A DNA stretch of 64,000 bases from contig CM059438.1 in the NCBI GenBank assembly GCA_030390025.1, positions 28,768,001-28,832,000 of the forward strand, in the 5' to 3' direction. The position numbers and the translations under genes are program-made. Of the stretch, positions 23,901 to 38,094 are shown one piece after another. Under the pieces are notes generated by a model that was not told where the DNA came from, searched no databases, and saw nothing but the letters and a program-made list of their open reading frames with translations. The DNA is from Squalus acanthias (Eukaryota). Each line of letters starts with the position of its first letter. The first letter of the stretch is position 1.

Positions 23901-24881
23901 TTCTTAAATCATTGGCCTTTTTTAATCTTGTGGATTATAGATATCAATTTATATTATGCTAAGTTGTTGATAGAAATTGGTGTCGAGCGGTTAACTTGTA
24001 AAGTCAGTTAATGTGTTGTAGTTTTATTGAAAGGAAGTCTCCAGTAATTATTTTGCTTAGTGTAAGTAAAATCAGAAATGTGTTTTAATCAACATTTATA
24101 ATGCAAACTATCTAATCAGTTATTTGAACTTAAAGCTTTGGGCTTTTAGGTTGGAACCTAATCATAAACCTGGTATTAATATTGCCTGGACCATTTGATT
24201 ATGAAATAATATGAAATGCAATTTCTTGAAGTCTACTTTGAGTATAAGAGGAGAAAAAACGATTTCAAAAATTTCTTAATTATGATCAACATTATACAAT
24301 ATCATGAAAGGAGTATTATTTTACATTGAATGAGAAATTACCACTTTACCTAAACCTTATTCCTGCAAAACGAAAACCATTATTATCTATCAGCTGCAGA
24401 AAATCTATTGAATTATATACATATATATGAGAAAAGGTAATGAGATACATGGTGTGTACAGCTTGGTTTCAAATAATGAAATGTTTGTTATATTAAATAT
24501 TCAAATAGTACCAGAGACAAGAGCGATTAATTTACACTTGTAACCTGCAATTTTACTGAAGCTAATAACAGTTCATCTTACAAAGCAATCACCTCCAGGT
24601 AAGAAAATAAGTGACAGTTTTTCTCTTCATTTTACAACAGAACTACATGGAATTACATAGCCAGTGCAATAGTAAAGCATAAATAACTTTTTTCATTGTC
24701 ATTCTTCATTGAAATGGAAGATATATATAGCTGTGGGTCAATGTGTATGATGAGAAAAGTACAGAAACCAAAATCAAAAATTGATAACCACAGTGGGCAA
24801 GGGTATGAATTATGGATGGTATGTAGTCATTGCAGTAAAAAAATGTACAGTAAGCACTTTATATTCATAATGATTCTTCAA

Positions 24882-27800
24882 GGGAACGATAGCGTAGTGG
24901 TAATGTCACTGGGCGAGTAATCCAGAGGCCTGGACTAATGATCCAGAGACGTGAGTTCAAATCCCACTACGGCAGCTGGGGAATTTAAATTCAGTTAATT
25001 AAATAAATCTGGAATAAAAAAGTTACTATCAGTAATGGTAACCATGAAACTATCGGATTGTTGTAAAAACCTATCTGGCTCACTAATGTCCTTTAAGGAA
25101 GAAAATCTGCCATCCATACCTGGTCTGGCCTATATATGTGGTTGACTCTTAACCGTCCTCTGAAATGGCCCAGCAAGCCACTCAGTTGTAACAAACCGCT
25201 ACGAAACAAAATAATAAGAAAGAAACTGGATGGACCACACGGCATCGACCTTGGCTACGGACACGGCAATGGCACACCCAGCCCAGTCAACCCTGCAAAG
25301 TCCTCCTCACCAACATCTGGGGACTTGTGCCAAAATTGGGAGAGCTGTCCCACAGACTAGTCAAGCACCAGCCTGACATAGTCATACTCACAGGATCATA
25401 CCTTTCAGCAATATCCCAAACTCCTCCATTACCATACCAGGGGTGGTGGCACAGTGGTATACAATCGTGAAGAAGTGGCCCTGGGAGTCCTCAACATTGA
25501 CTCCGGATCCCATGAAGTCTCATGGCTTCAGGTCAAGCATGGGCAAGGAATCCTCCTGCTGATTACCACCTACTGCCCTCCCTCAGCTGATGAATCAGTA
25601 CTCCTCCATGTTGAACACCACTTGGAAGAAGCACTGAGAGTAGCAAGGGCACAGAATGTACTCTGGGTGGGGGACTTCAATGTCCACTACTGACTGAGCT
25701 GGCCGAGTCCTGAAGAACATAACTGCCAGTCTGGGCCTGTGACAGGCGGTGAGAGAACCAACACGAGAGGAAAAACCTACTTGACCTCGTCCTCACCAAT
25801 CTACCTGTCGTAGATGCATCTGCCCATGACAGTATTCGTAGCAGTGACCACCGCACAGTCATTGTGGAGATGATGTCCCGTCTTCACACTGAGGACACCC
25901 TCCATCGTGTTGTGTGGCACTACCACGGTGGCATAGTGGTTAGCACTGGTGCCTCACAGCGCCAGGGACCCGGGTTCGAATCTGACCTCGGGTGACTGTC
26001 TGTGTGGAGTTTGCACATTCTCCCCGTGTCTGCGTGGGTTTCCTCCGGGTGCTCCGGTTTCCTCCCACAGTCCAAAAATGTGCGGGTTAGGTTGATTTGG
26101 CTATGATAAATTGACCCTTAGTGTTAGGGGGGGATTAAATATGTGGGGTTATGGGGATAGGATGGGATATGTTAGGGGGAATTAAATACGTGGGGTTACG
26201 GGGGTAGGGTGGGATATGTGTACTGTGGGGATTAAAGCAGGGACAGGGTACTGGATTTGGATGATCAGCCATGATCGTATTGAATGGTGGAGCAGGCTCG
26301 ACGGGCCGAATGGCCTACTCCTGCTCCTAGATTCTATGTTTCTATGTTTCTATGTTTCTATGTTTACCACCGTGCTAAATGGGATAGATTCAGAACAGAT
26401 CTAGCAGCTCAAAACTGGGCATCCATGAGGCGCTGTGGGCCATTAGCAGCAGCAGAATAGTATTCCACCACAATCTGTAACCTCATGGCCCGGTATATCC
26501 CTCACTCTACCATTACCATCAAGCCAGGGGACCAACCCTGGTTCAATAAGGAGTGTAGAGGAGCAGCACCAGGCATACCTAAAAATGAGGTTCCAACCTG
26601 GGGAAGCTGCAACACAGGACGACGTGCATGCTAAAAAGCGGAAGCAGCATGCTATAGACAGGGCTAAGCGATCCCACAATCAATGGATCAGGTCAAAGCT
26701 CTGCAGTCCTGCCACATCCAGTCGTGAATGGTGGTGGACCATTAAACAACTAATGGGTAGGAGGAGGCTCCATGAATATCCCCATCCTCAATGATGGTGG
26801 AGCCCAGCACGTGAGTGCAAAAGACAAGGCTGAAGCGTTTGCAACCATCTTCAGCCAGAAGTGCCAACTGGATGATCCATATTGGCCTCCTCCTGAGGTC
26901 CCCACCATCACAAAAGCCAGTCTTCAGCCAATTTGATTCACTCCACGTGATATCAGGAAATGGCTGAGCGCACTGGATACAGCAAAGGCTATGGGTCCTG
27001 ACAGCATCCCGGCTATCGTGCTGAAGACTTGTGCTCCAGCCTCTAGCCAAGCTGTTCCAGTACAGCTACAACACTGGCATCTATCCGACAATGTGGAAAA
27101 CTGCCCAGGTATGTCCTGTCCACAAAAAGCAGGACAAATCCAATCCGGCCAATTACCGCCCCATCAGTCAACTCTCAATCATCAGCAAAGTGAAGGAAGG
27201 TGTGATCGACAGTGCTATCAAGGGGCACTTACTCACCAATAACCTGCTCACTGATGCCCAGTTTGGGTTCCGCCAAGACCACACAGCTCCTGACCTCATT
27301 ACAGCCTTGGTCCAAACGTGGACAAAGGAGCTGAATTCCAGAGGTGAGCTGAGTGACTGCACTTGACATCAAGGCAGCATTTGACCGAGTGTGGCATGAA
27401 GGAGCCCTAGTAAAACTGAAGTCAATGGGAATCGGGGGGAAAACTCTCCACTGGCAGGAGTCAAACCTAGCACAAAGGAAGATGGTTGTGGTGATTGAAG
27501 GTCAATCATCACAGCCCCAGGACATCGCTGCAGGAGTTCCTCAGGGCAGTGTCCTAGGCCCAACCATCTTAAGCTGCTTCATCAATGACCTTCCCTTCAA
27601 CATAAGGTCAGAAATGGGGATGTTCGCTAATGACTGCACAGTGTTCAGCGCCATTCACAACTCCTCAGATAATGAAGCAGTCCATGCCCGCATGCAACAA
27701 GACTTGGACGACGTTCAGGCTTGGGCTGATAAGTGGCAGGTAACATTCACGCCACAGAAGTGCCAGGCAATGACTATCTCCAACAAGCGAGAGTCTAACC

Positions 27801-28527
27801 ACCACCCCTTGACATTCAATTGCATTAACATCGCTGAATCCCCTACCATCAACATCCTGGGGTCACCATTGACCAGAAAATTAACTGGACCAGCCACATA
27901 AATACTGTGGCAACAAGAGCAGGTCAGAGGCTAGGTATTCTGCGGCGAGTGTCTCACCTCCTGACTCCCCAAAGCCTTTCTACCATCTACAAGGCACAAG
28001 TATGGAGTGTGATGGAATACTCTCCACTTGCCTGGATGAGTGCAGCTCCAACAACATTCAAGAAGCTCGACACCATCCAGGACAAAGCAGCCCGCTTGAT
28101 TGACACCCCATCTACCACCTTAAACATTCACTCCCTCCACCACCGGCGTGCTGTGGCTGCAGTGTGTACCATCTACAAGATGTACTGCAGCAACTCGCCA
28201 AGGCTTCTTCGGCAGCACCTCCCAAACCCGCGACCTCTTCCACCTAGAAGGAAAAGGGCAGCAGGCGCATGGGAACACCACCACCGCCAAGTTCCCCTCC
28301 AAGTCACAAACAATCCTGACTTAGAAGTATATCGCCGATCTTTCATCGTCGCTTGGTCAAAATCCTGGAACTCCCTCCCTAACAGCACTGTGGGAGTACC
28401 TTCACCACACGGACTGCAGCGGTTCAAGAAGGTGGCTCACCACCACCTTCTCAAGGGCAATTAGGGATGGGCAATAAATGCTGGCCTTGCCAGCGACGCC
28501 CACATCCCATAAATGAATTTAAAAAAA
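24882..28527 (+). mobile_element. Near full-length single-ORF APE-RT LINE with a tRNA/SINE-like 5' head (degenerate; clade not assigned)
   Basis: Head with A box tagcgtagtggt and B box gagttcaaatc. EN motifs LTNIWGL, PDIVILT, GDFN and SDH. RT motifs LDIKAAFDRVWH and GVPQGSVLGP. Tail gcaataaatgctggccttgccagcgacgcccacatccc followed by an A run. Confidence 0.85.
25927..26364 (+). mobile_element. V-SINE inserted in the LINE
   Basis: Reverse complement of 1265-1688, with a TACCAC duplication at 25921 and 26365. Confidence 0.9.
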
Positions 28528-30865
28528 GATTGAGTTCAAAATATATAGTTAAAAGGAAATAATTTCAGGCTCCTATTTCATCACAGTAAATTTGTGTATT
28601 AAATGTAAACAGAATTATCCGTCTGCAACTTGTGCATGAAATATTAACCGTGACAAAGTAAAATTCCCTTTCATATATCTTCACTCTGTTGAATAGCAGT
28701 TGGAGAATTCACCCTAAAGACTACATTTTCCCTTTGTGTTCGGCTTTCACTTTGCTTTTACTTTTCCTAAAGGTTTGTCTTTTTGAGAATTGTAGGATCT
28801 GATGATAGGCTAATAACTTTTAGATTAATGGACTGGCTGAATATTTGCTTGTTCAGGATGGAATTTGTTATTGAGGAGTCTAGTTTTACTGCATAGTGTA
28901 GTTCTTTAAAGACCAAGATTATTGAATCCACATTTGTCAGTTGTTACCTAAGCACTTCTGTCGGATTTCTGATGAAAAATTAATAGTGAAAGCACATAAA
29001 CCCAAACAAACTGTTTTGTTATTATTTCCCTGGAGCCCATTGCCATTATTTAGGACCTGTTGGATCTTACTTTTGTTAAGTAGAGTCATTTTTCACAGTA
29101 ATTATCAATATATCATTGAAGCAATTATGCAACTACTGATTTCATTATTTTGGTTATCTCCTAACTTTATATTTCCTGTTGTGATTTCTTCCTAAAATGA
29201 TTAATATCACGAGTGAAAATGCAACCACTTTTCTAAATTGCATCTTGTGACATTATTGAGTTTTGTTAGGGCATTAGTGATACTTATCACTGCTACTATC
29301 GTCACGCAAAGCAATCTGAATTTCAGTCACAAAATGCCCCCTCATCTACAGCACGATATAGTTCCGATCTCTGCACACAAATCCAAGCCTTTGAAATTCA
29401 ATCATTCTGACTATAAATATTATAATTTTCTGGATTTATATACTCTGGGGAAATTTTCTGATGATCCTACATAGTCATTACTAACAAGTCAGTGGCTGTT
29501 CCTAAGCTGACTCAGATATATGGCTTCAACGTGACGAAGTGGAGCACATTAACTTTACTGTTCTTTTTTAAGTTCATTAATTGCTATGCTTTTGTCTTTC
29601 ATAATATATAAACCTGGAAATTACTGCAAATGATGTTATTATATGATTTCTTACTATGCTTGTATCAAATTGTTCTCTGCTATTTTAGTGGAAACTTCAG
29701 TCTGTTCATTCTAAATGTGTTGATGCCTCTATTTAGATAGCGGAGAGAGGAATTTGATTTGCTCCTTTTAAACATTTGTATGCTAACATCACTCATAGTC
29801 ACTTCCAACCTGTAATCCCATAAAGTCAATCAAATGTTTTTAATTCACCGAAATGCTATGGGGCTAATTTTCCTGCTTCGCTCCTCCCATGCCTGGACAC
29901 TAGTCAGGTGGAGTGCACCTAAAATCCACTCTGTCTGAAATGAGCTGAAATCTCAAATACAGTCCAGTGCACCCCAGGCACAGACCTGCCCATCGGCCCA
30001 GCCTTGAGCCTGGCAAAGCAAAAATACAGCTGCCGCTGCAGACCTCCGAGGGCTGCAGCAGTGGCAATGGCTGCTGACGTTAGGGCACTCTGACTGTTGC
30101 CCTGCTATCTTTGAACAAAATATTCTTAGCTGCCTGCCACTCTCCGATCCTCTGATCAAAGCAGGGCTGGGCATAGGGCCAGACCCACTTCTGTTGGGTG
30201 CCCTTCAAAGTGACTCATCTTCTTTGTTTTGGGATGGAAAATTGGGTGGAAGTCCTCCTTCTGCCTCATTACTATGCCTGTCCTTTGCTTCCCCCAGCTG
30301 CAGGTGCAAGCACTCTGCCCACTCTTAGCGAAACTACAGAAATCCATGCCCTTCTTTTCCCCTGCTTTGCTCCTGAGAATTGAGAGATCCTCAGCTACAC
30401 TGGACACGATAATTATGCTTGATGTCCTCCAAAAGGCCCTTAGGGATATAAGAGAAAATAAGGCTTGATTATAAGCAAGATGAAAGACAATTGACTGTAC
30501 AACATTTACAAGCAAGTTAATCTCTCAGAAACAATTATTTATAGAAAGAATAATAGATTTATTAGATGCTATCTGTCAATAATACTCATAGAATTGCACG
30601 ATCACTATATATTGTAAATGTGAATAGAATTTTAATAACAGGAAAAGACCTGTAGCTCCAATAAGCCTGTTGCTTTCTGATAGAATAATCTCAACTTCTC
30701 ATCATATTTCTCACTCCCCAATTCTCTCTCCAGAAACACATCTTATTGTCTCTTGAACCCATTTATAATGTTTGCAACCATTGTTTTTCTTATTCATTTA
30801 TTCTACAAGTCTATTATCCTCTGGCTGTAAATCTTCCACTTGATTTCCCTTTGTCCTAACTTACT

Positions 30866-31030
30866 GGGGTTAATTTTACCTTTGGGCGACAGTGTTAAAT
30901 GGCCGATATCCAAATGGCCACCTGTTATACACCTCTCCTGATTTTTGTTTCCATTGACTTCATAAAGTATAATGGGCGACCGATCCGATATCGCCCGTTT
31001 CACACCATCGCCTAAAGTAAACTTCTGACT
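30866..31030. mobile_element. Short Harbinger-type MITE (related copy 54264-54446)
   Basis: ggggttaattttacctttgggcga / tcgcctaaagtaaacttc termini and a shared core tttccattgact. Confidence 0.5.
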
Positions 31031-33645
31031 GTATTAAATGTGCATTGTGAAGCTGTATCTAGGATTGTGAAACTATTATGTTAATGTGACAATGACAAAA
31101 CTGCTGGAGCTCTTCTAGACTCTTCCCCTCACCAACACATTTAAAAATCCTGGCTTGATTTTGACTCTGTTACTTCTAAACATTTCCAGTTTGGGAATTT
31201 GGACTGTTGATGAAGTAAGACTTAAATTGATTATTATAATCTGCCTATTGTGCTAATTTTAGAGGAGAGTCCTATCTGTAAGTAAATGCATGTAAAATTG
31301 TTTTTAGGTGTCAAGGAAGTGCATTTAAATTGTTGTGGGATTAAACTTGCCCACTGAAATGAACGCACGTTCCTAAATTAAATTCTGTTGGTGAAATTAT
31401 TCCCTCTAAACTGTGAAGCAGTTGGTTGGAGGGATTAGAACAGTTTAATGTTAATGAGTGCGCCAATGAACTTTCCCTGCTTTTGATAAAATAACAGCTA
31501 GACATACGTGCTGTTTCTTTTCTTGCATATTCCTATGAACTTTAGAAGTAAGGTTAGAGCACTTCATTAAGGTTATACACAGAAGGGTGGTGAGGGATAC
31601 AGCTTGAGTTAGTGAGCAGCAATTCCTGTTGGAGGCAACTTCCAATCCAGGATTCAGAGTGAAAGTGCCAGAAAGAATCCAAATAAAGGGCAGACTTATC
31701 TATTGTGGAGATTAGCCAGAAGCCAATAATCCCCTTGTAGTACCTTCTTGGAATGGTAGAAAGAAACTGCATAACAGTGTTCGGAGATGATTGCTCGGCA
31801 TTTGTTGCTTACTTTGTACATCAAAGAAAGCTTTTGTAATTAATGTAATGCACTTTTAGCTATTGACATTATAAGAACATAAGAATTAGGAGCAGGAGTA
31901 GGCCATTCGGCCCTTCGAGCCTGCTCCACTATTTAATAAGATCATTGCTGATCTTCTACCTCAACTCCACCCTCCCGCCCTATCCCCATATCCCTTGATT
32001 CTTTGAGTACCCAAAAATCTATTGATCTCTGTCTTGAATATACTTAACGACTGAGCATCCACAGCTCTCTGGGGTAGAGAATTCCAAAGATTCACAATCC
32101 TTTGAGTGAAGAAATTTCTCTTCATCTCAGTCCTAAATGGCCAACCTCTGCTTCTGAGACTATGACCCCTAGTTCTAGACTCCCTAGACAGGGGAAACAT
32201 CCTCCCAAAATCTACCCTGTCAAGCCCTTCAAGAATTTTATATGTTTCAATGGGATCACCTCTCATTCTTCTAAACGCTAGAGAATATAGGCCTAGTCTA
32301 CTCAATCTCTCCTAATAGGACAATCCTCCCATCCCAGGAACCAGTCTGGTGAATATTTGTTGCACCCCCTCTAAGGCAAGTATATCCTTCCTTAGGTAAG
32401 GAGAACAAAACTGTACATAGTGCTCCAAGTGTGGTCTCACCAAAGCCCTATATAATTGTAGTAAGACCTCTTTACTCTATACTCCAATCCCTTTGTAATA
32501 AAGGCTAACATACCATTTGCTTTCCTAATTGCTTACTGTACCTGGAATCTGTGATTCGTGTACAAGGACACCCAGGTCCCTCTGAATAAGAACATTTCCC
32601 AGTCTCTCACCATTTAAAAAATATTCTGCTTTTCTACTTTTCCTAAGTCTTTGATATAGATTGTAAATAGCCATGGCCCAAGCACTGATCCTCGCGGTAC
32701 CCCACTAGTTACAGCCTGCCAACCTGAAAATGACCCATTTATTCCTACTCTCTGTTTTCTGTCCATTAAGCAATCCTCAATCCATGCTAATATATTACCT
32801 CCCAAACCCCATGAGCCCTAATTTTGTGTAATAACCTCTTGTATGGCACCTTATCGAAAACTTTTTGAAAATCAAAATACATTGCATCCACTGGTCCCCC
32901 CCTATCTACCCTGCTAGTTACAACCTCAAAAAACTCTTAATAGATTTGTCAAATAAAATTTCCCTTTCATAAATCTGTGTTGACTGCCCAATCAAATTAT
33001 GATTTTCTAAGTGCCCTGTTACCATGTTCCTAATAAGTTTTAGCATTTCCCCTACTACTGAGGTCAGGCTAACTGGTCTATAGTTCCCTGTCTTCTCTCT
33101 CCCTCCTTCCTTGAATGGCAGGGTTATGTTTGCTACCTTCCAATGCATGGGAACCATTCAAGAATCTAGGGAATTCTGGAAGATCAAAACCAATGCATCC
33201 ACTATCTCTGTAGTTACCTCTTTTAAAACCCTGGGATGTAGGCCAACAGGTCATGGGGATTTGTTGACTTTTAGTCCCATTAATCTCTCCAGTACAATTT
33301 CTTTACTAATATTAATTTCTTTAAATTTCTCATTCTCCACTATTTCCGGAATGTTATTTGTGTATTCTACCGTGAAGACAGATACAAAGTATTCGGTTAA
33401 TGTCTCAGCCATTTCCTTATTCCCCATTATAATTTCTCCTGTCTCTGCTTCTAAGGGACCCACGTTTACTTTTGTTAATCTCTTCCTTTTTACATATCTA
33501 TAGAAGCTTTTACAATTCGGTTTTATGTCTCTTGCTAGTTTACTCTCATATTCTCTTTTCTATTTCTTTATCAATTTCTTGGTCATCCTTTGCTTAATTC
33601 TAAAATCATCTCAAATTCAGCCTTAGTACTCTTTTTGGCAACAAT

Positions 33646-34402
33646 GGCCTAGATATTCTGATCCCTACGGGTGGGTACGCGCTGTGTACCCACCCGTAGG
33701 GACATCGGAAATGCCGGTTTCAGGCATGCACAGCGCATGCGCAGAAAACCGGCATTTCCGATCTGTCAAGAATGGTCTTGACAGATCCTCCGGCTGCCCT
33801 GGAGAAGGGCCTCTGCGGGCGGATAGTTCCGCTTTTTGGAGACCCTCTGCCCTCAGAAAACCCTTACAATTCTTACTCCTGGTAAAAGCAGGCGTAAGGC
33901 CTGCTTTTACCAGGATAAGAGTTGAAAAAAAGTTTAAAAAAAAAATCTTTTCACTGATTTATCATTTTAAAATATTTTTTAAAAAGTTAAGTTTATTTTT
34001 AGCCCCGTAAAAAACTTTAATTATTGTTTTCAAAAAATTTAATTTTTGTTTAAAATACTTAATTTATTGTCATTTCAAGTCATTTTAAAAATGTGATTTA
34101 AAAAAAATGTATTTAAAGTTTTACTATGTTTTTTCATTGATCTCCATTCATATAATTGACAGGTCTTCCTGTCAAATGTATGAAGGGAGAGTCCCTTCTG
34201 TGATTGGCTCCCCATGGTCCACGTGATCCCAGGGATGCTGTGAACTACATGCGCCCCTGGGATACTTGGCACTGCGCACTTCAAGGTTGGTGAGGCCCAG
34301 GAGCGGAAGCGTGTGCGTCCCAGGAGCCCTCAGGTAAGGGTGCAGATTTTCCAGATCGCAGGCCTCCACCTGTGGGAGGCCTGCGATCAGAAAATACGGG
34401 CC
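33646..34402. mobile_element. Harbinger-type MITE with internal hairpins (second copy inverted at 63211-63959)
   Basis: GGCC.(A/G).AT.TT termini, AAT/ATT flanks, and long homology to 63211-63959. Confidence 0.85.
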
Positions 34403-35236
34403 ATTATAAGCCTCATCCTTTAATCTAATACTATATTTAACTTCCCTTGTTAGCCACAGTTGGACTACTAATCCCGTGGGGTTTTTATTCGTTAGAGGAA
34501 TGTAAATACATTGCGAATTATGAATTCATTCTTTAAATGTTTGTCATTGCTTATCTACTATCATATCTTTTAGTGTAGTTTCCCAAACTACCTAAGCCAA
34601 CTCGTCCCTCATACCTACGTAGTTTGCTTCGTTCAGAGTTAAGACCCAAGTTTCGGCCTTAACTAAATCACTCTCAAACTCAATATAAAATTCTATCATA
34701 TAATGATCACTCTTCCCCAGAGGCTCCTTGACTACAAGCTTATAATTAACCCCTTTTCATTGCGCAATACTAGATCTAAAATAGCCTGTTCCCTAGTTGG
34801 TTCCTCTACATACTGATCTAGAAAACTAACTTGAATACATTCCATGAACTTGTCCTCCACAGTATTACTGCAAATTTGGTTTGCCCAGTCTATATGAAGA
34901 TTAAAGTCCCCCATGATTACTATATTACCCTAGTTACATGCGCCTGTAATTTCCTGATTTATACACTGTCCGACAATAGAACTACTGTTTGGGGGGCCTA
35001 TAAGCTACTCCCACCAGTATTTTCTGCCCCTTGTTGTTTCTTAGCTCCACCCAAACTGATTCTACATCTTGATTTTCTGAGTTAAGATCCTTTCTCTATA
35101 CTGTCTTTATCCTTCCTTTATTATCAGGGCTAACCCCCCCACCCCACCCAACCTCTCCTTTACAATTTTACCTATGTCCTCTAAAATCAAGTATCTTGGA
35201 ATTTTTAGTCCCCAACCTTGGTCACTCTGCAACCAC

Positions 35237-36082
35237 GGGGGTGATTTTGCCAATGGGGGCGCGTTGGAGGTGGGACTGCTGCTTGTCAGTTTTTAGTCCT
35301 GCCTCCATCGACGTCTGGCCAACCCACGCTATTTTCCCTTGATTGACCTGGTTAAGCCCGCCCAGCGGGCTTAGCAGGCCAATTAAGGGAAAGCCAGTGA
35401 CAGAGAACGTCAACGTATGACATTTCATCTGTCAAAGATTTTTGATAGATGAATTGTCATCATTTGACAGCTTTGAGAAGCTGTCAAACACTGACATTCT
35501 CTGTTGTTTGGTGAGTTATTGTACTCAAGGCTCACCAAACCTATTTCCTGAGCAGAAAGCAGATGGCTGTTGTATCGGAGAATGCAGCAGCCATTCTGTC
35601 ATCTCTGCCGTGGAGATGCCGGCGCCTCCCAATCCCCAACGATTGAAGCCTGCAGGAAGAAACAAAGGTAAAGAAACTTTTCCTAACACTTTTCACTCAC
35701 CTCACATACTTACCTCTCCACACTTGCACCCATCACTCACCTCCACTGCGCACTTTTGGACCCCTCCGACCCCCACAGACCCACTGCTCGCCTCGCTGAC
35801 CCTGGCGGGATTTCCCGACGTCGGGAAGCCCGCGCCTCTGATAGAAAAATGGGGATAATCCTCTTAACTGCCTGTTAACTACCTGTTAACAGGCAGTTAA
35901 GTGGCTGTAATCCCCTTCCCACCTCCAGGAGACGGGAACCGGCGCGGTTCAGGTACCCGCCTCCTGGGAAGATGGCACGGAGGCGGGTTGGGGGCGGGAT
36001 GGGTACCCTCCCCCAGATTCTGCCATTTTCCCAGCAGTCCCGCCTCCAAACCCGCCTCCCCAGGGCTGGCAAGATCGCCCCC
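35237..36082. mobile_element. Harbinger-type MITE
   Basis: TIR gggggtgattttgcca / tggcaagatcgccccc with CAC/CAT flanks. It interrupts CR1. Confidence 0.8.
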
Positions 36083-37756
36083 CATGTCTCCGTAACGGCT
36101 ATTAGATCAAAACCATTTATTTCTATCTGTGCTATTAATTTATCTATTTTGTTGCAACTGCTTCACACATACAGATATAATGCCTTTACCTTTAACTTTT
36201 TTTCTATTTTTCCCTGATGTCACCTTATTCTCTAATGCCCTATTATCTTTGTTAAGCTCTCTGTCCCTTCCTGACCCACTCTGCTTCTTTTTACCCAAAT
36301 CGCTACTCTGCTCTACAGCCTTGACATTCCTCTTATTGCTTTTGAATTTACTCGTTCCTGAATCCTCTCACCCCACCCCTCCCTTCATTAGTTTAAAGCC
36401 CTATCTACCGCCCTAGTTATTTGATTCACTAGGACACTGGTCTCGGCCCGGTTTACATGAAGCACGTCCCAGTGGAACAGCTCCCTCTCTCCCCAGTACT
36501 AGTGCCAGTGCTCCATGAAGCGAAACCCCCTACCTCCCACACCACTCTTTCAGCCACGCATTTGTTTGTCCCTATGCCAATTTGCGCGTGGCTTAGGTAA
36601 CTTTCCAGAGATTATTACCTGTGAGGTGCTGCATTTTAATTTCGACCCTAGCTCCTCAAACTCTCTCAGCAGAACCCCATTCCTAGTTCTACCTATGTCA
36701 TTGGTTCCTACATGGACCACGACAACTGAATCCTCCCCCGCTACCCCTCCCACTTCTCCAGCCGCGAGGAGATGTCCTTAACCCTAGCACCAGGCAGGCA
36801 ATACAATGTTCGGAACTCCCGGTCGCAGTTGTAGAGAACAGTATCACTGACTATACTGAACCCTACCACTTCCACATTCCTTTTCACTCCTACTTGAATG
36901 GCCTCCTGTACCACGGTGCTGTGGTCAGTTTTCTCATTCGCCCTGCAGACTTTGCCCTCATCCACGCAGGCAGCAAGAACCTCATACCTGTTGGATAAGG
37001 GCAAAGGCCGAGGCTCCTCCAGCACTGCACCTGGGGACCCCTTAACTGCCTGAGTCGCAGTCACACCCTCCTGTCTCTGACCATTAACCAATCCTGTACC
37101 ACTACCTAACCTCAGGGGTGTGACTGCCTCCTGGATCAAACTGTCTGCGTAACTTTCTCCCCTCTGTGATGCCCAGCAATGTCTGCACCTCGGACTGCAG
37201 CTCAACAACTCTGAGCTGAAGTTACTCGAGTTGCAGAAACTTACTGCAGATGTGGTTGTCCGGGACTCCCACGTGCTGCAGTTTAGGCACACCACCTGCA
37301 CTGCCATCCCTATATAACCTTGCTTTATTTATTTATTTATTTAATTAATTAAAATTAAATTAACATTAGGGGCTCCTTTTTAAACTCAATTGCTGCTCTT
37401 GTACTCTGCTCTGCTCCTTATTTATTTGTTTATTAGCTCATCTATTTTATTATTTACTTAACTCTTATTTATTGTTTTTATATGTTGGATTTTAATTGAA
37501 TGAAAATTCGGAACCTTTTAATGTTAGTATCCTCTATTTAGTTAATTTTAATTTTTGCCCCTAGATCTGATTAGTTAATTAAACACTAAACTTAATTATA
37601 TAATACATTATACACTTGATTTAGTTATAAAATAAATTAATTACTTAGCTGTAGTTCCTCGGGCTTCACCACTCCTCTGATGTCACTTTCCTGATTTAGA
37701 ATATTTCTTTAGATTCTTCCATTATATATACGTGATTATAGTGAAACATCTCATTT

Positions 37757-38074
37757 GGCCCAGATTTTCCTGGGGACTTGCACCATCATCGTGGCACATC
37801 TTCATCGTTGAGTCTCTTGGATCAGTGCTATACTTCAGCTTTGAAGAAAATCTGGTTTAAAGCCTTTACATTGCTACCCTGTTTAATGTATTCGTCGAAT
37901 TGCTTGAAAAAAATGGTCGCACCCCTTCTGATTCGTCACGATGCTCGCTGCGGCGTAATCTAATTAGAAATTCAGGAAAATATGGAGGAAGTTATCAACA
38001 ATGACATCGATGCGATAGACGGCTAAATTTGCGGTGCATATCGCTGATCTCGCCTTTGCAGGAAAATCTGGGCC
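37757..38074. mobile_element. Harbinger-type MITE
   Basis: Perfect 16-bp TIR GGCCCAGATTTTCCTG. Confidence 0.75.
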
Positions 38075-38094
38075 AATCAGTTGAACTAAAGTAT

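Larger units (their letters stand above)
31871..37317 (-). mobile_element. Near full-length degenerate CR1 LINE with ORF1 (zinc-finger/zipper plus SGNH esterase) and ORF2, interrupted by two MITEs
   Basis: ORF1: VCLNCSTW, PLSNRYEVL, CLPGARVKD, VVVHVGTNDIG. ORF2: MGDFN, GVPRGSVLGP. CR1 tail at 31871. Confidence 0.9.
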
